DNA of 64,000 nucleotides, from assembly GCA_963818655.1 (NCBI GenBank), contig CAWFTD010000019.1, positions 109,332-173,331 of the forward strand, read 5' to 3'. Position 1 is the stretch's first letter. Each line of letters opens with the position of its first letter. The notes under the pieces were generated by a model. The model worked only from the letters and a program-made list of their open reading frames with translations. It searched no databases and was not told the origin of the DNA. The DNA is from Candidatus Bathyarchaeota archaeon. GTDB taxonomy: Archaea; Thermoproteota; Bathyarchaeia; Bathyarchaeales; Bathycorpusculaceae. The position numbers were made by a program, and so were the translations under genes. Below are positions 9,420-18,542 of this stretch, one piece after another.

Positions 9420-10710
9420 TTGGGTAAAAGTTTTAATTTAGCAGTAGAGTGCTGTGTGGACTATGTGGCGTCTAGGTTTCTTCTTTCACGAAATAGCGTT
9501 CGGATTGCTGAGCGTTTTCATACCGCTCTACCTAGTTGCCTTCAAAAACACCAGTATTTTGGGAGGGCCACTCGTAGCTTTGGGGTTAATGACTTCCATT
9601 GCTATTTTCTGCTCAATCCCAGCTTCGTTCCTTTGGGGTTACCTTTGCGACGCCACCCGCCATTACAAAGTGTTTATTCTTCTCTCATTCCTTTCCTCAG
9701 CTATACTTCTATTCTTAATGGCGCTTCCATTCGCCCAGAACATCGTCGTTTTTGTTATCTTATACGTAATTATGCAGGTGCTTCATGTCTCGCACGAAGC
9801 TCCCAAAAATGTTCTCATAGCTGAACATTACAGCCGCGACGACTGGGAGCGATCTTATGGCTTCTATGAGGGGCTCACTGAAATCGGCTTCATTATTGGT
9901 TTAGCAGTTGGGTTAGTGTTGAGCGTTGGGTTGTTTGCACTTACGGCTTCGATAAGTTCGACTGTTTTGGCAACTTACACTTTGTACCTATGTAGTCTTT
10001 TGAGCGTTGTTGCTTTCATTTTATCTATTGCTTTAATTGCTGATCCACTGATGATTTTTGAGCGTCGCTTAGTCGGCATCGGAGAAAACGATTGATTTCG
10101 CCACTCGAGGTGTTGAATCTTATAAGTCTGTGGTGGATTACGGAAATGGTTCACTAAAACGAGAAAGCTTCCTTGGCTTCGCTTTTGCGATAGTAATTTT
10201 TTCTCTGGCAACAAGCCTCTTTTTTACTCCCCTGCCAATTTATCTCAAAACAATCTTTAATGGACAATCAAGTATGGTTTACGTCGCTTACATCCTGAAT
10301 TCAATTGGAGCAACAGTAGGTTACTTCCTAATTCGTAATCGCGCAAGGTCAATAGACTTAAGAAAACAAATGCCAAGGTTCGTACTTTTCCGAAGCCTAC
10401 TCATTTTCTTGCTCGTAGGAGTTATCCAACTTGCTATTTCACCAACTATAACAACTGGAATCATTCTTGTTTTTCTTGGCTTCGCTTACGCAATGTATTA
10501 TATCATGATGATTTCTCTCTCAATGGAACTTATCCCTGAGGGAAAAACAGGTTTCTTTGATGGACTTAGTTGGTTTAGGTGCAGCAGTAGGTTCTTTTCT
10601 TGGACCGTACTTAGCCTGAAAACTTGAGTTATGTGCCAACATTTTTGATTGCGGCTCTCGCTTTCTTCTGTGCCTTCTTGATTCTGAAAATTTTTGCAAT
10701 TAAAAAATAA
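9420..10710 (+). CDS. MFS transporter (frameshifted)
   Basis: Many TM segments with WGYLCD motif-A variant; ORFs 9454-10095 and 10130-10627 join via frameshifts near 10085, 10565 and 10615; last frame ends LKIFAIKK-stop at 10710. Confidence 0.75.
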
Positions 10711-10757
10711 AATAAAAAAGAAAGTGGTTGAGCGAGTTTTCGCTCGGGGTTTTTGGT

Positions 10758-12197
10758 CTATTCTGTGTGAACTCTGTATAAGTCTACGTCTTCGCGCATG
10801 CTTGGTGTCAATTCGAGGAAGTCTCGCACTGACCGTTCGATGTCTTTGGACTGTGTTACGTATCTGCCTACTATGAGTATGTCTGCACCTTGCTCTAGTG
10901 CTTCTTTTGCTGTTTCTGGGACGATTCCGCCTGCAACAGCTATTAGGAATTTCTTGTTAGGAAATGCTTGCCGTATGATTTTTATGCGTTCCAGTCCGCT
11001 GCTTCTGCCTGTCTCTTGGTCGATACCTCGGTGAAGGATGACGATGTCCGGAAATTCTTTTATTGATTTCAATTTGGCGAGGACGTCTTCTACGTTTAGC
11101 ATGTCGATGACTGCGTAGATTCCTAGGCGTTTGGCTTCCTGTATTGTTGCGTCTAATGTTTCTGGTGGTGCTAGGCCTGCTGCAACAACTGCGTCTGCGG
11201 TGTCTTCGTATGCGATGTCCACTTCAACTTTGCCAACGTCAAGGGTTTTTAGGTCTGCTATAATGAATTTGTCTTTGGCTATTTGGCGTAGTTCGTTAAT
11301 GCCTCTTGTACCATAACGTTTGATGAGTGGTGTGCCAACTTCAAGGATGATTCTGTCGCTTCCTGGTAGTTGTTCAATAACCTTCTTTGCCCCTTCGAGT
11401 GAGGGTGCGTCAAGTGCAATTTGGAGGTATGGTGGTCTCCATAGACGTGGAACTTTGAAGCCCATGATTGGGTGCTTTGATCGGTCTTTCTCGTAGATTA
11501 TCTTTTCCAGGGTTGGATACTGCTTTAGTGCGCGTTTTAGAGCCATTTTTGTTGCGCCATAGTTGTACTGGTATATTTTGCGGTAATCGGTTGCTTTTGG
11601 ATGAATGAATACGCTGCAAATGATTACCCACTCGTCAAGTTTGTTTGCTGGGATGATTCCTTCTTCGGCTGAGTCTGCGATGGCTTTTGCGACTGCAGCT
11701 TGGGCGGGACCAAAGATTTTGCCTGTGTCTTCCATGTTTTTGATGGTGACTTTAGGCACTATTAGTGTGTGTGGTTTTGGTGGCAAGTTAGGTCTAATTA
11801 CTGCTAAGACTGGTGTGTGGCCGGCTGATAGTTGTGTCATTCCGTTTGCAAATGCTTGTCCGATGGGTCCGTTTTTGTCGCCTATCATGAGGTCGATGTG
11901 TGCAACTTCGTTTCCCTCTCCTAATAGGGATTCACCGATTAGGTAGGTGGGGCTTGAATCTTCGAGGCTATAGTCAGCTGTTGTCGGCGTGTGGTCTACG
12001 ATTTCTTTGAAATCGACATTGAATTCCTTTAGCCATGAATATAATGTATCTCTGTGGATGTCCATTTCTTTTGCAGTTCCGACGACTGTCGGTTTTGTTG
12101 GCTTTCCTTTTGAATCAATTTCTTTTCTTGCGGCTTCAGTTAGCATTTTTATAAATACTTCACGTGTTTCTGGCTTTTTTATGTCTACTCCCGACAT
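10758..12197 (-). CDS. fae-hps: bifunctional formaldehyde-activating enzyme / 3-hexulose-6-phosphate synthase with extra N-terminal HTH domain
   Basis: Fae motifs IGESLLGEGNEVAHIDLMIG and GPAQAAVAKA; Hps motifs LQIALD, EVGTPLIK, ADLKTLD and VAGGI; about 80-aa N-terminal extension. Confidence 0.93.
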   Translation of the reverse strand: MSGVDIKKPETREVFIKMLTEAARKEIDSKGKPTKPTVVGTAKEMDIHRDTLYSWLKEFNVDFKEIVDHTPTTADYSLEDSSPTYLIGESLLGEGNEVAHIDLMIGDKNGPIGQAFANGMTQLSAGHTPVLAVIRPNLPPKPHTLIVPKVTIKNMEDTGKIFGPAQAAVAKAIADSAEEGIIPANKLDEWVIICSVFIHPKATDYRKIYQYNYGATKMALKRALKQYPTLEKIIYEKDRSKHPIMGFKVPRLWRPPYLQIALDAPSLEGAKKVIEQLPGSDRIILEVGTPLIKRYGTRGINELRQIAKDKFIIADLKTLDVGKVEVDIAYEDTADAVVAAGLAPPETLDATIQEAKRLGIYAVIDMLNVEDVLAKLKSIKEFPDIVILHRGIDQETGRSSGLERIKIIRQAFPNKKFLIAVAGGIVPETAKEALEQGADILIVGRYVTQSKDIERSVRDFLELTPSMREDVDLYRVHTE

Positions 12198-12415
12198 TTA
12201 ATTTTCCTCAGTCGCTCTGTGAGCTTTATGTTATATATAAAAATGTCGGAGGATGAACAAACGATTAAGGGAGCTTGAGAGGTTTTTAGAGGAAAATTGT
12301 CGTTTAGGGCTGGTTTTCTATTGTAGCTAAATTTTTCCTAAAGCGTTTGGTTTCTTTCGGTAAATCTTTATATCGACTGGCTTGTATTGAATGCCTAATT
12401 CGACGAGGAAAATCG

Positions 12416-12607
12416 ATGTCTTGGACTGACTGGACATTATTGTCTTTATTCATACTCGGCTTTTTATTATTCATGTATGGCGCCAACACGTATGATACAA
12501 TTGTCGGTTACAGTGGCGTCTACCTTTTTATCGGTTCAATCGGAGCCTACTTTGTCATCTACATCTACAAGGAATTAACCAAAAAACCTAAGTGTCAAAA
12601 CCCGTAG
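12416..12607 (+). CDS. small membrane protein with 2 TM segments
   Basis: 63-aa hydrophobic ORF (MSWTDWTLLSLF...) preceded by GAGG. Confidence 0.65.
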   Translation: MSWTDWTLLSLFILGFLLFMYGANTYDTIVGYSGVYLFIGSIGAYFVIYIYKELTKKPKCQNP

Positions 12608-14127
12608 AGTTCGCCGTATTTCTTGTTCAGGTATTGCAGGTATGGTTGTGAATTCAAGGTTGTTCCAGTTGCCAACTTGATAAGTTCTTCCGGGTCATAT
12701 AGGTCACTTTTGCTGTGAACATTAGTTTTTTGCCAAGCGTTAACTTTTTCGAGTTTTCCTTCGGCAAGCTCCTCGCGCCATTTTGGCAAGTCTTTGTTTA
12801 ATGAAGCAGTTATTTGACCGCTGTAGATGTTCCCTAACGCATAGCTTGGGAAGTAACCGTAGAGTCCGCTTGCCCAATGCGTATCCTGCATCACACCCTC
12901 AGAATCGTTTTCGATTTTAACGTCGAGGTAGTCAGTGTATTTCTGGTTCCACGCTTCTGGCAACTCTTTGACCGTGATTTTGTCAGCGAAGAGATCTCTT
13001 TCAAGTTCAAATCGGATTATGATGTGGATGCCGTAGGTTACTTCATCTGCTTCGATTCTGATTTTAGAGCGTTTAACCTTGTTTATAGCATGGATAAGTG
13101 GGTCTAACTGGAGATTGCTGAGGCGCGGGGCGACTCGCTTGATTTTTGGCAGAAATCCTATCCAGAACTCTCTTGAGCGTCCAATCATGTTTTCGTAGAA
13201 TCGCGATTGGGATTCGTGTATGCCGTAGGAGCTTGTGGAGCCGACGGGTTGATATTGCCATTTTGGGTTGAGATTTTGCTCGTAGAGCGCGTGTCCGCTC
13301 TCATGGAGTACGGAGAAGATTGAGCTTGCAAAGTTGTTGGGGTAATAATGGGTGGTTATACGTACGTCATCATAGTAGCCTGTAGTAAATGGGTGTTCCG
13401 TCTCGTCGACTCTTCCGCCTGCCGTCGATGAAGCAGTGTCGTAACCAAGTGTTTGTGTTATGAGTTGTGTGATTTTGCGTTGGTCCTCAACTGGTACGGG
13501 TTGATTGAGAATTTGTGTATTCGGTTTGGTTTGGCAGGCTTCAATCTTTGCGATCAACGGTTTTAAACCTGCTAATAGCTGGTTGAAGGTGGCTGTGATG
13601 GTCTCCGCAGGCATTTTGGGCTCAAAATTATCAATCAAAGCTTCGTAGGGTGTCTTTGTTCGTTTAACTTTCATGAGAATTTCCGCAGTTTGTTTATTGA
13701 GATCTAGCAGTTTTTGTAGATCCTGCTTATAGAGGTTGAAGTCTTTTTTTGCCTTGGCTTTCTTCCAAGTGTTGACTGTCAACGCTTCTTGCATAGCCAG
13801 TTCTGCGACGAGTTTTTCAGGCAGAGCGGTTTGTTCTTGGTAACTTTTGCTAACAAGATATAGGTTGCGTTTTTCCACTTGTCCCAACTTTTCATATTCG
13901 GGGCTTGTTTGTGTGTCTTTGAGGAGTTTTCCTATTTCGGGTTCCGTCGCCATTTTGTGGCGGACGCGTCTTAGCAAAGCCAGTTGTTGACTACGTTGTT
14001 CCACTGCCTTGGGAGGCATATAGATTTCCATATCCCAGTGTACGATGCCTTCTGCTGTGGAAAGTACCACTATGTCTTTTGTTTTTGACAAAAGTTCTTT
14101 GTAAGCAGATTCTATCTTATTCTTCAA
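12595..14127 (-). CDS. carboxypeptidase, family M32
   Basis: HPF, DVRITT, HESGH, HESQ, IRIEAD and QDTHW motifs. Confidence 0.96.
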   Translation of the reverse strand: MKNKIESAYKELLSKTKDIVVLSTAEGIVHWDMEIYMPPKAVEQRSQQLALLRRVRHKMATEPEIGKLLKDTQTSPEYEKLGQVEKRNLYLVSKSYQEQTALPEKLVAELAMQEALTVNTWKKAKAKKDFNLYKQDLQKLLDLNKQTAEILMKVKRTKTPYEALIDNFEPKMPAETITATFNQLLAGLKPLIAKIEACQTKPNTQILNQPVPVEDQRKITQLITQTLGYDTASSTAGGRVDETEHPFTTGYYDDVRITTHYYPNNFASSIFSVLHESGHALYEQNLNPKWQYQPVGSTSSYGIHESQSRFYENMIGRSREFWIGFLPKIKRVAPRLSNLQLDPLIHAINKVKRSKIRIEADEVTYGIHIIIRFELERDLFADKITVKELPEAWNQKYTDYLDVKIENDSEGVMQDTHWASGLYGYFPSYALGNIYSGQITASLNKDLPKWREELAEGKLEKVNAWQKTNVHSKSDLYDPEELIKLATGTTLNSQPYLQYLNKKYGELYGF

Positions 14128-14201
14128 GGCGATTCCAAACCTTAATGTTTTATGAGTAGCGCATCCTTATTTATTGTTAGGTTCAAGTCTTACTTAGTAC
14201 T

Positions 14202-14960
14202 TTACGAGCGCCAAACTGCTCTGAAAGTATACGATAAATAACTTTTAACTTCAGTCAACGAAAGCTTAGATTTCCCACGTTTCCGATTCACAAACATTAT
14301 AGGTGTCTCTTTAACGTTAAATTTTCTTAAAACCGCCTGCCTCACCGTTTCTATCTGGATTTCGTAAGTATAGCTATGCAAGTCGTTGACGGTTTCTTTG
14401 AGGAATTTTGTAGAGTAACAGCGGAAACCGCTGGTGCAATCATGCAGTTTTAATCCCAAGGAAACTTTGGCAATGAAGTTGGCCGTTTTGCTAATTATTT
14501 TTCGTGTGAATGGCCACCCAGCAATTTTGCCTCCTTTGACGTATCTGCTGCCGATGACGATTCCGCAGTCGCATTCCTTCATGGTTGCTAAGATTTGGGG
14601 GATATCTTGTGGATTATGGGAGTAGTCAGCGTCCATAGTGAAAATGTATTTTGGAGGGTTTTGAGCTGACAAAAAAATTTTGAAGCCATCAGTTATGGCT
14701 GTGCCCAACCCTTTTTTTTGGGGTCTAACATACAGCGATATATTGGGGTATTTACATTGTTCTTCCTGCACGATTTTGGCGGTTCCATCGGGACTTGAAT
14801 CATCGATAACCAATATTGACGCATTCAACTTCAGGTCTTCGATTTCCGCGATTAGTTTTGAGATGTTGCCTGCTTCTCCATATGTAGGAAGAATGATGCC
14901 GACTTCCGAATTCGCCGTTGAGTTACCGATTAATTCGTAGCCCATAAAAATTTGGCACAC
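14202..14960 (-). CDS. polyprenol monophosphomannose synthase-like GT2 glycosyltransferase
   Basis: ILPTY.E, DDSSPDGT, MDADYSH, GSRY and DCTSGFR motifs. Confidence 0.9.
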   Translation of the reverse strand: MCQIFMGYELIGNSTANSEVGIILPTYGEAGNISKLIAEIEDLKLNASILVIDDSSPDGTAKIVQEEQCKYPNISLYVRPQKKGLGTAITDGFKIFLSAQNPPKYIFTMDADYSHNPQDIPQILATMKECDCGIVIGSRYVKGGKIAGWPFTRKIISKTANFIAKVSLGLKLHDCTSGFRCYSTKFLKETVNDLHSYTYEIQIETVRQAVLRKFNVKETPIMFVNRKRGKSKLSLTEVKSYLSYTFRAVWRS

Positions 14961-15001
14961 CTTTTAAGCAGATAAATAGACTAATAAATCTTAACATCCA
15001 T

Positions 15002-16024
15002 TCAACCTGAAGTCTTTGAACGTTGTTTCTTCTTGTAGTAGCCAAGCGGATGGTAGATACTTCGGCACAATTCATCTCGGTTCTTGCAGACTCCATGAGT
15101 TTGTAGAACTGAGCATTGAGGGCACGTGTATTTTGTTCCTGACCCGCGTTCCCCGGCTATGTGTTCGATTTGGTATCGGGTTAAGCGTTCGTTGTAGTCT
15201 GAGAATGTTTTGAACATTTCATTGAGTCCTTCGGGAGTCATCCCGATGTTGACTAGAAAAGAAGTTAGGGTGAAGCGTCCAATGTGGCTGAGATGGTGGC
15301 TCTGGGCTGCGTCAGCGAAGAGAACGTTGATGCATGGGGGGAAAGCAGCTTGGATGATAACTTTGGGCATTTCCTCAATTTCCTGCCCCATTATCTCCTG
15401 AGCCAATTTCATTAAGTCTTCAGCAATGGTTGTTATTTCTTCGGGAAGGTTTTTGATATCAGAAATATCTATCCTTTTCTCCACCCGGTGTTTGACTTCT
15501 TCCTGAAGCAGACGAACCACTTTGTCTTTGTTTAAGTAAACCATACCTTTATCCAAGATTTGGTTAACCAGCTTCCATTCAGAACCATGCATGTGAGCGG
15601 AGTTTTTCAAGTAGAAACTAAATCCCACACGAAAGTCCTTACCAAAGGCTCCTTCCTCAATATCCCACTCAAAGTCTTTGGCAATGGCAAAAACTTTTCC
15701 TTTATTCTCTCCAAGCATTTGTACATGTGCCGTTTTTGCAACCGCCAAGGCATACCTTTTTTTTATCCACGAATTCTTGGTGGCTAGAACCAAAATGAGT
15801 GCTGCAGCAAAAGAAGAAATTTCCGCCCTCTTATCCCTCACTGCCTCTCCAGTGTTTACTTCCAAGATTGCTTTTTCTACTCTGTTTTTGGCGCGATCAA
15901 AAACAGGTTTTTCAGATGATAAGGTTCCAATTGTAAACTGGAGTTCTTCTATTTGTTTGGAGGCTTTTTTTAAAAATGGGTATTTGGCAAAATCTTCAGA
16001 AGATAGTGCCGATTCCATCTGCAA
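15002..16024 (-). CDS. priL: DNA primase large subunit
   Basis: AKYPF, FPPCI, HIGRF, YQIEHI and C-terminal Fe-S cysteines. Confidence 0.94.
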   Translation of the reverse strand: MQMESALSSEDFAKYPFLKKASKQIEELQFTIGTLSSEKPVFDRAKNRVEKAILEVNTGEAVRDKRAEISSFAAALILVLATKNSWIKKRYALAVAKTAHVQMLGENKGKVFAIAKDFEWDIEEGAFGKDFRVGFSFYLKNSAHMHGSEWKLVNQILDKGMVYLNKDKVVRLLQEEVKHRVEKRIDISDIKNLPEEITTIAEDLMKLAQEIMGQEIEEMPKVIIQAAFPPCINVLFADAAQSHHLSHIGRFTLTSFLVNIGMTPEGLNEMFKTFSDYNERLTRYQIEHIAGERGSGTKYTCPQCSVLQTHGVCKNRDELCRSIYHPLGYYKKKQRSKTSG

Positions 16025-16032
16025 CTGGCGTC

Positions 16033-16788
16033 TTACTCTGTTTCAATTCTTGGTGCCAGGAAGAAGGTTAACTTTCCCTCTTTTGTTTGCTGGAAATCAA
16101 TTCGCACGGGCATGTCACTTGAGAATTCAAGAGTTGCAATCTCCGAGGTTGCTGAAGCAGCTTTTATAATTTCAGAGAGGTAGCTCAGGCTGAACGTTGC
16201 TTTGGCGTTTTCTTTAACTTCTAAGTCGAGGAGTGCATCATTGCCTTTTTGAAGGGTGATTGTTGCTCCCATTAAGTCGCCTGAGGCACTTAGGGTCATC
16301 TTTTCTGGTTCGGCTTCAATTTTTACGTGGTCGCTGACGAGTTGAGCGTCTTCGATGGCTTGACTCAAACCTTGGGTTGTGGTTTTGGCTTTTACATTAA
16401 AGCTGATTTTTGGTGTTGGGACTTCTTCCTCTGAGGCTTCAAGTGTAGGCATAGTAAAGTTTCTGCTGTACTTGCCGGTTATCGTAACCAGTAACCGACC
16501 AGTTTTATCATCCAAGGACACTTCAACTGCTTCTTCTTTTCCGGCGCGTTTGAGAAGTTTTAGAAGTTCACTTATGTTTAAGCAGATTTTTGTTGGTTCA
16601 GTGCACACATACTCTTGGAAAAGTGATCTGGGCCATTCAAAATCAATCATAGCAACACGGGATGGATCCATGGCACGAAGTTTTAAGCCTTCAGCGTCAA
16701 TTTTAAATGTCGCTTCATCAACAAGAATAGAGATGGCCGTAGCCATATCCCTTAAGAGTTTAGCATCAGAAACTTTAAGCTTGAACAT
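16033..16788 (-). CDS. pcna: DNA sliding clamp PCNA
   Basis: LVDEA, AMDPSRVAM and FFLAPR motifs. Confidence 0.98.
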   Translation of the reverse strand: MFKLKVSDAKLLRDMATAISILVDEATFKIDAEGLKLRAMDPSRVAMIDFEWPRSLFQEYVCTEPTKICLNISELLKLLKRAGKEEAVEVSLDDKTGRLLVTITGKYSRNFTMPTLEASEEEVPTPKISFNVKAKTTTQGLSQAIEDAQLVSDHVKIEAEPEKMTLSASGDLMGATITLQKGNDALLDLEVKENAKATFSLSYLSEIIKAASATSEIATLEFSSDMPVRIDFQQTKEGKLTFFLAPRIETE

Positions 16789-17037
16789 GTTACCCTCTTC
16801 CTCGAATATTCATGTATTGTAAATTTATATAGCTATTGATTACGCTTTTGGTTAATAAATTTGTTCTACTGAAACCCAAAAATATACGTTTGAAGGTTTC
16901 AAACCCTTTGTCCGTTTGCTTTATACAAAGAACTACTTTTTTTCTAAACGTTATTGTTGGTAGCCTTTGGTTTTTGCTTGATAGGTGAAAAAGTATAAGA
17001 ATGGGTATGTTTCTTTTATGCAAAGCTGGTCGATACC

Positions 17038-17313
17038 GTGAACGTTCCTAAAGAAGTAAAGACTTACTGTCCAAAATGTAAAGCTCACCAAATTCACAGT
17101 GTAAGCCTCTACAAGCCTGGAAAGCGCAGAGCATTGGCAAGAGGCGAACGCCACCACGCGCGAGAAAAGGAGGGTTACGGTGGACAAAAATATCCACTTC
17201 AAAGAGAATTCGCTAAAACAACCAAAAAACAAACTTTGCGCTTAAAATGCAAAGTCTGCAATTATATGCGTCATAAAGACGGCATTCGACTGCGAAAATT
17301 AGTTATACAATAG
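17038..17313 (+). CDS. rpl44e: 50S ribosomal protein L44e
   Basis: TYCPKC, GYGGQ, AKTTKK and CKVC motifs. Confidence 0.97.
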   Translation: MNVPKEVKTYCPKCKAHQIHSVSLYKPGKRRALARGERHHAREKEGYGGQKYPLQREFAKTTKKQTLRLKCKVCNYMRHKDGIRLRKLVIQ

Positions 17314-17334
17314 AATTAACGGAGTAGAAAACTT

Positions 17335-17532
17335 ATGTCTGAATGGAACAAACTTATCCCCAAGCCGAGAAGTGTCTTCCTACGGGTTAAATGCCAAAAA
17401 TGTGGCAACGAACAACTCCTCTACAGCAACGCAGTCAACAAAATAACCTGCAATGTTTGCGGAGAATTGTTGGCTGAGCCCTCTGGCGGAAGAGCAAAAA
17501 TCAACGGTGACGTTCAAGCAGTTCTCGAGTAA
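17335..17532 (+). CDS. rps27e: 30S ribosomal protein S27e
   Basis: FLRVKCQKC..CNVC..PSGGRA. Confidence 0.97.
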   Translation: MSEWNKLIPKPRSVFLRVKCQKCGNEQLLYSNAVNKITCNVCGELLAEPSGGRAKINGDVQAVLE

Positions 17533-17547
17533 GAGATGAGCCCCCAC

Positions 17548-17604
17548 ATGGCTGAGCGTAAGCTAAATGGCTGGCAGCTTACCTTTTCTAGAAGGGACCT
17601 TTAA
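17548..17604 (+). pseudogene. possible scar of the aIF2-alpha gene (18-codon mini-ORF MAERKLNGWQLTFSRRDL)
   Basis: Occupies the exact slot of aIF2-alpha in rpl44e-rps27e-aIF2a-nop10-PAC2; the start resembles MAERKPEWP-type N-termini recalled for this group; stop abuts the nop10 start. Confidence 0.5.
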
Positions 17605-17775
17605 TTGGTTTGGCAACTGCGCAAATGCGTAAAATGTGAAAAATACACCCTAAACAAAACTAGTTGCCCCTACTGCGGCGGCGCAGTTAGAATTCCACAT
17701 CCACCCAAATTCTCCCCAGACGATAAATACCTAAAGTACCGAATGGCTATGAAAAGGAGTGCTGCAACAGAATGA
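17605..17775 (+). CDS. nop10: H/ACA RNP protein Nop10
   Basis: Manual translation from TTG: MVWQLRKCVKCEKYTLNKTSCPYCGGAVRIPHPPKFSPDDKYLKYR...; below the ORF-track size cutoff. Confidence 0.93.
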   Translation: MVWQLRKCVKCEKYTLNKTSCPYCGGAVRIPHPPKFSPDDKYLKYRMAMKRSAATE

Positions 17776-18542
17776 AAGAAACATATATCAAAGAATTCAT
17801 TGAAATCCACCCAAACAACCCCATCCTAATCGAAGGTCTTCCAGGCTTAGGCTTAGTGGGCAAAATCGCGCTCCGATACCTTATTAAACAACTAAAAGCC
17901 AAAAAAGTCGCCTACCTGTATTCCCCGCACTTCCCATACTTCGTACTAGTTAACAAAAAGGGAAATGTACGACTCCTAAGAGGCTCATTCTACTACTATC
18001 AAAACCCCAAGGGAAACGACATAATCCTCTTCACTGGCGACAGCCAATCACAGACTATCGAGGGTCAATACGAAATCGCCGACCGAATGCTTGATTTCTC
18101 CGAAAAACATGGAGTAAAAACAATAGCGACTATAGGCGGCTACCGAATGGAACCCAAAGAAAAACCCAAAGTCTTTATTGCTGCCACCTCACGCGACGTC
18201 CTTAACAAGGCATTGGAATCAGGTGCGACACTAAGCACCTCGGGAAGCCCAATCGTTGGCACAGCTGGATTAATACTCGGGTTGGCGAAATTCAAGAAAA
18301 TAGATGCACTTTGCCTGTTGGGCGAGACCCGTGGTTATTTACCTGATCCGCTTGCAGCCAAAAGCGTTCTGGAAGTTCTAAGGTCAACCTTCAACTTTGA
18401 TCTTGACCTCACTGGCTTAAACGATGAGATTACGAAAGCAGAAACGATGGTTACCCGCCTACAACAGATTGAAGAAAAACGTGCGATGCAAGCTGAAGAG
18501 TCAAAAAAACAAGACGACAAGAAAACCACGTATATTTCTTAA
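17772..18542 (+). CDS. proteasome assembly chaperone (PAC2) family protein
   Basis: IEGLPGLGLVGKI, TGDSQ, GTAGL and LLGETRG motifs; synteny with nop10. Confidence 0.92.
   Translation: MKETYIKEFIEIHPNNPILIEGLPGLGLVGKIALRYLIKQLKAKKVAYLYSPHFPYFVLVNKKGNVRLLRGSFYYYQNPKGNDIILFTGDSQSQTIEGQYEIADRMLDFSEKHGVKTIATIGGYRMEPKEKPKVFIAATSRDVLNKALESGATLSTSGSPIVGTAGLILGLAKFKKIDALCLLGETRGYLPDPLAAKSVLEVLRSTFNFDLDLTGLNDEITKAETMVTRLQQIEEKRAMQAEESKKQDDKKTTYIS

Noticed and set aside
16790-17232. Short minus-strand ORFs between pcna and rpl44e as priS
   Set aside because: Too short, no primase motifs, and they overlap promoter sequence or rpl44e
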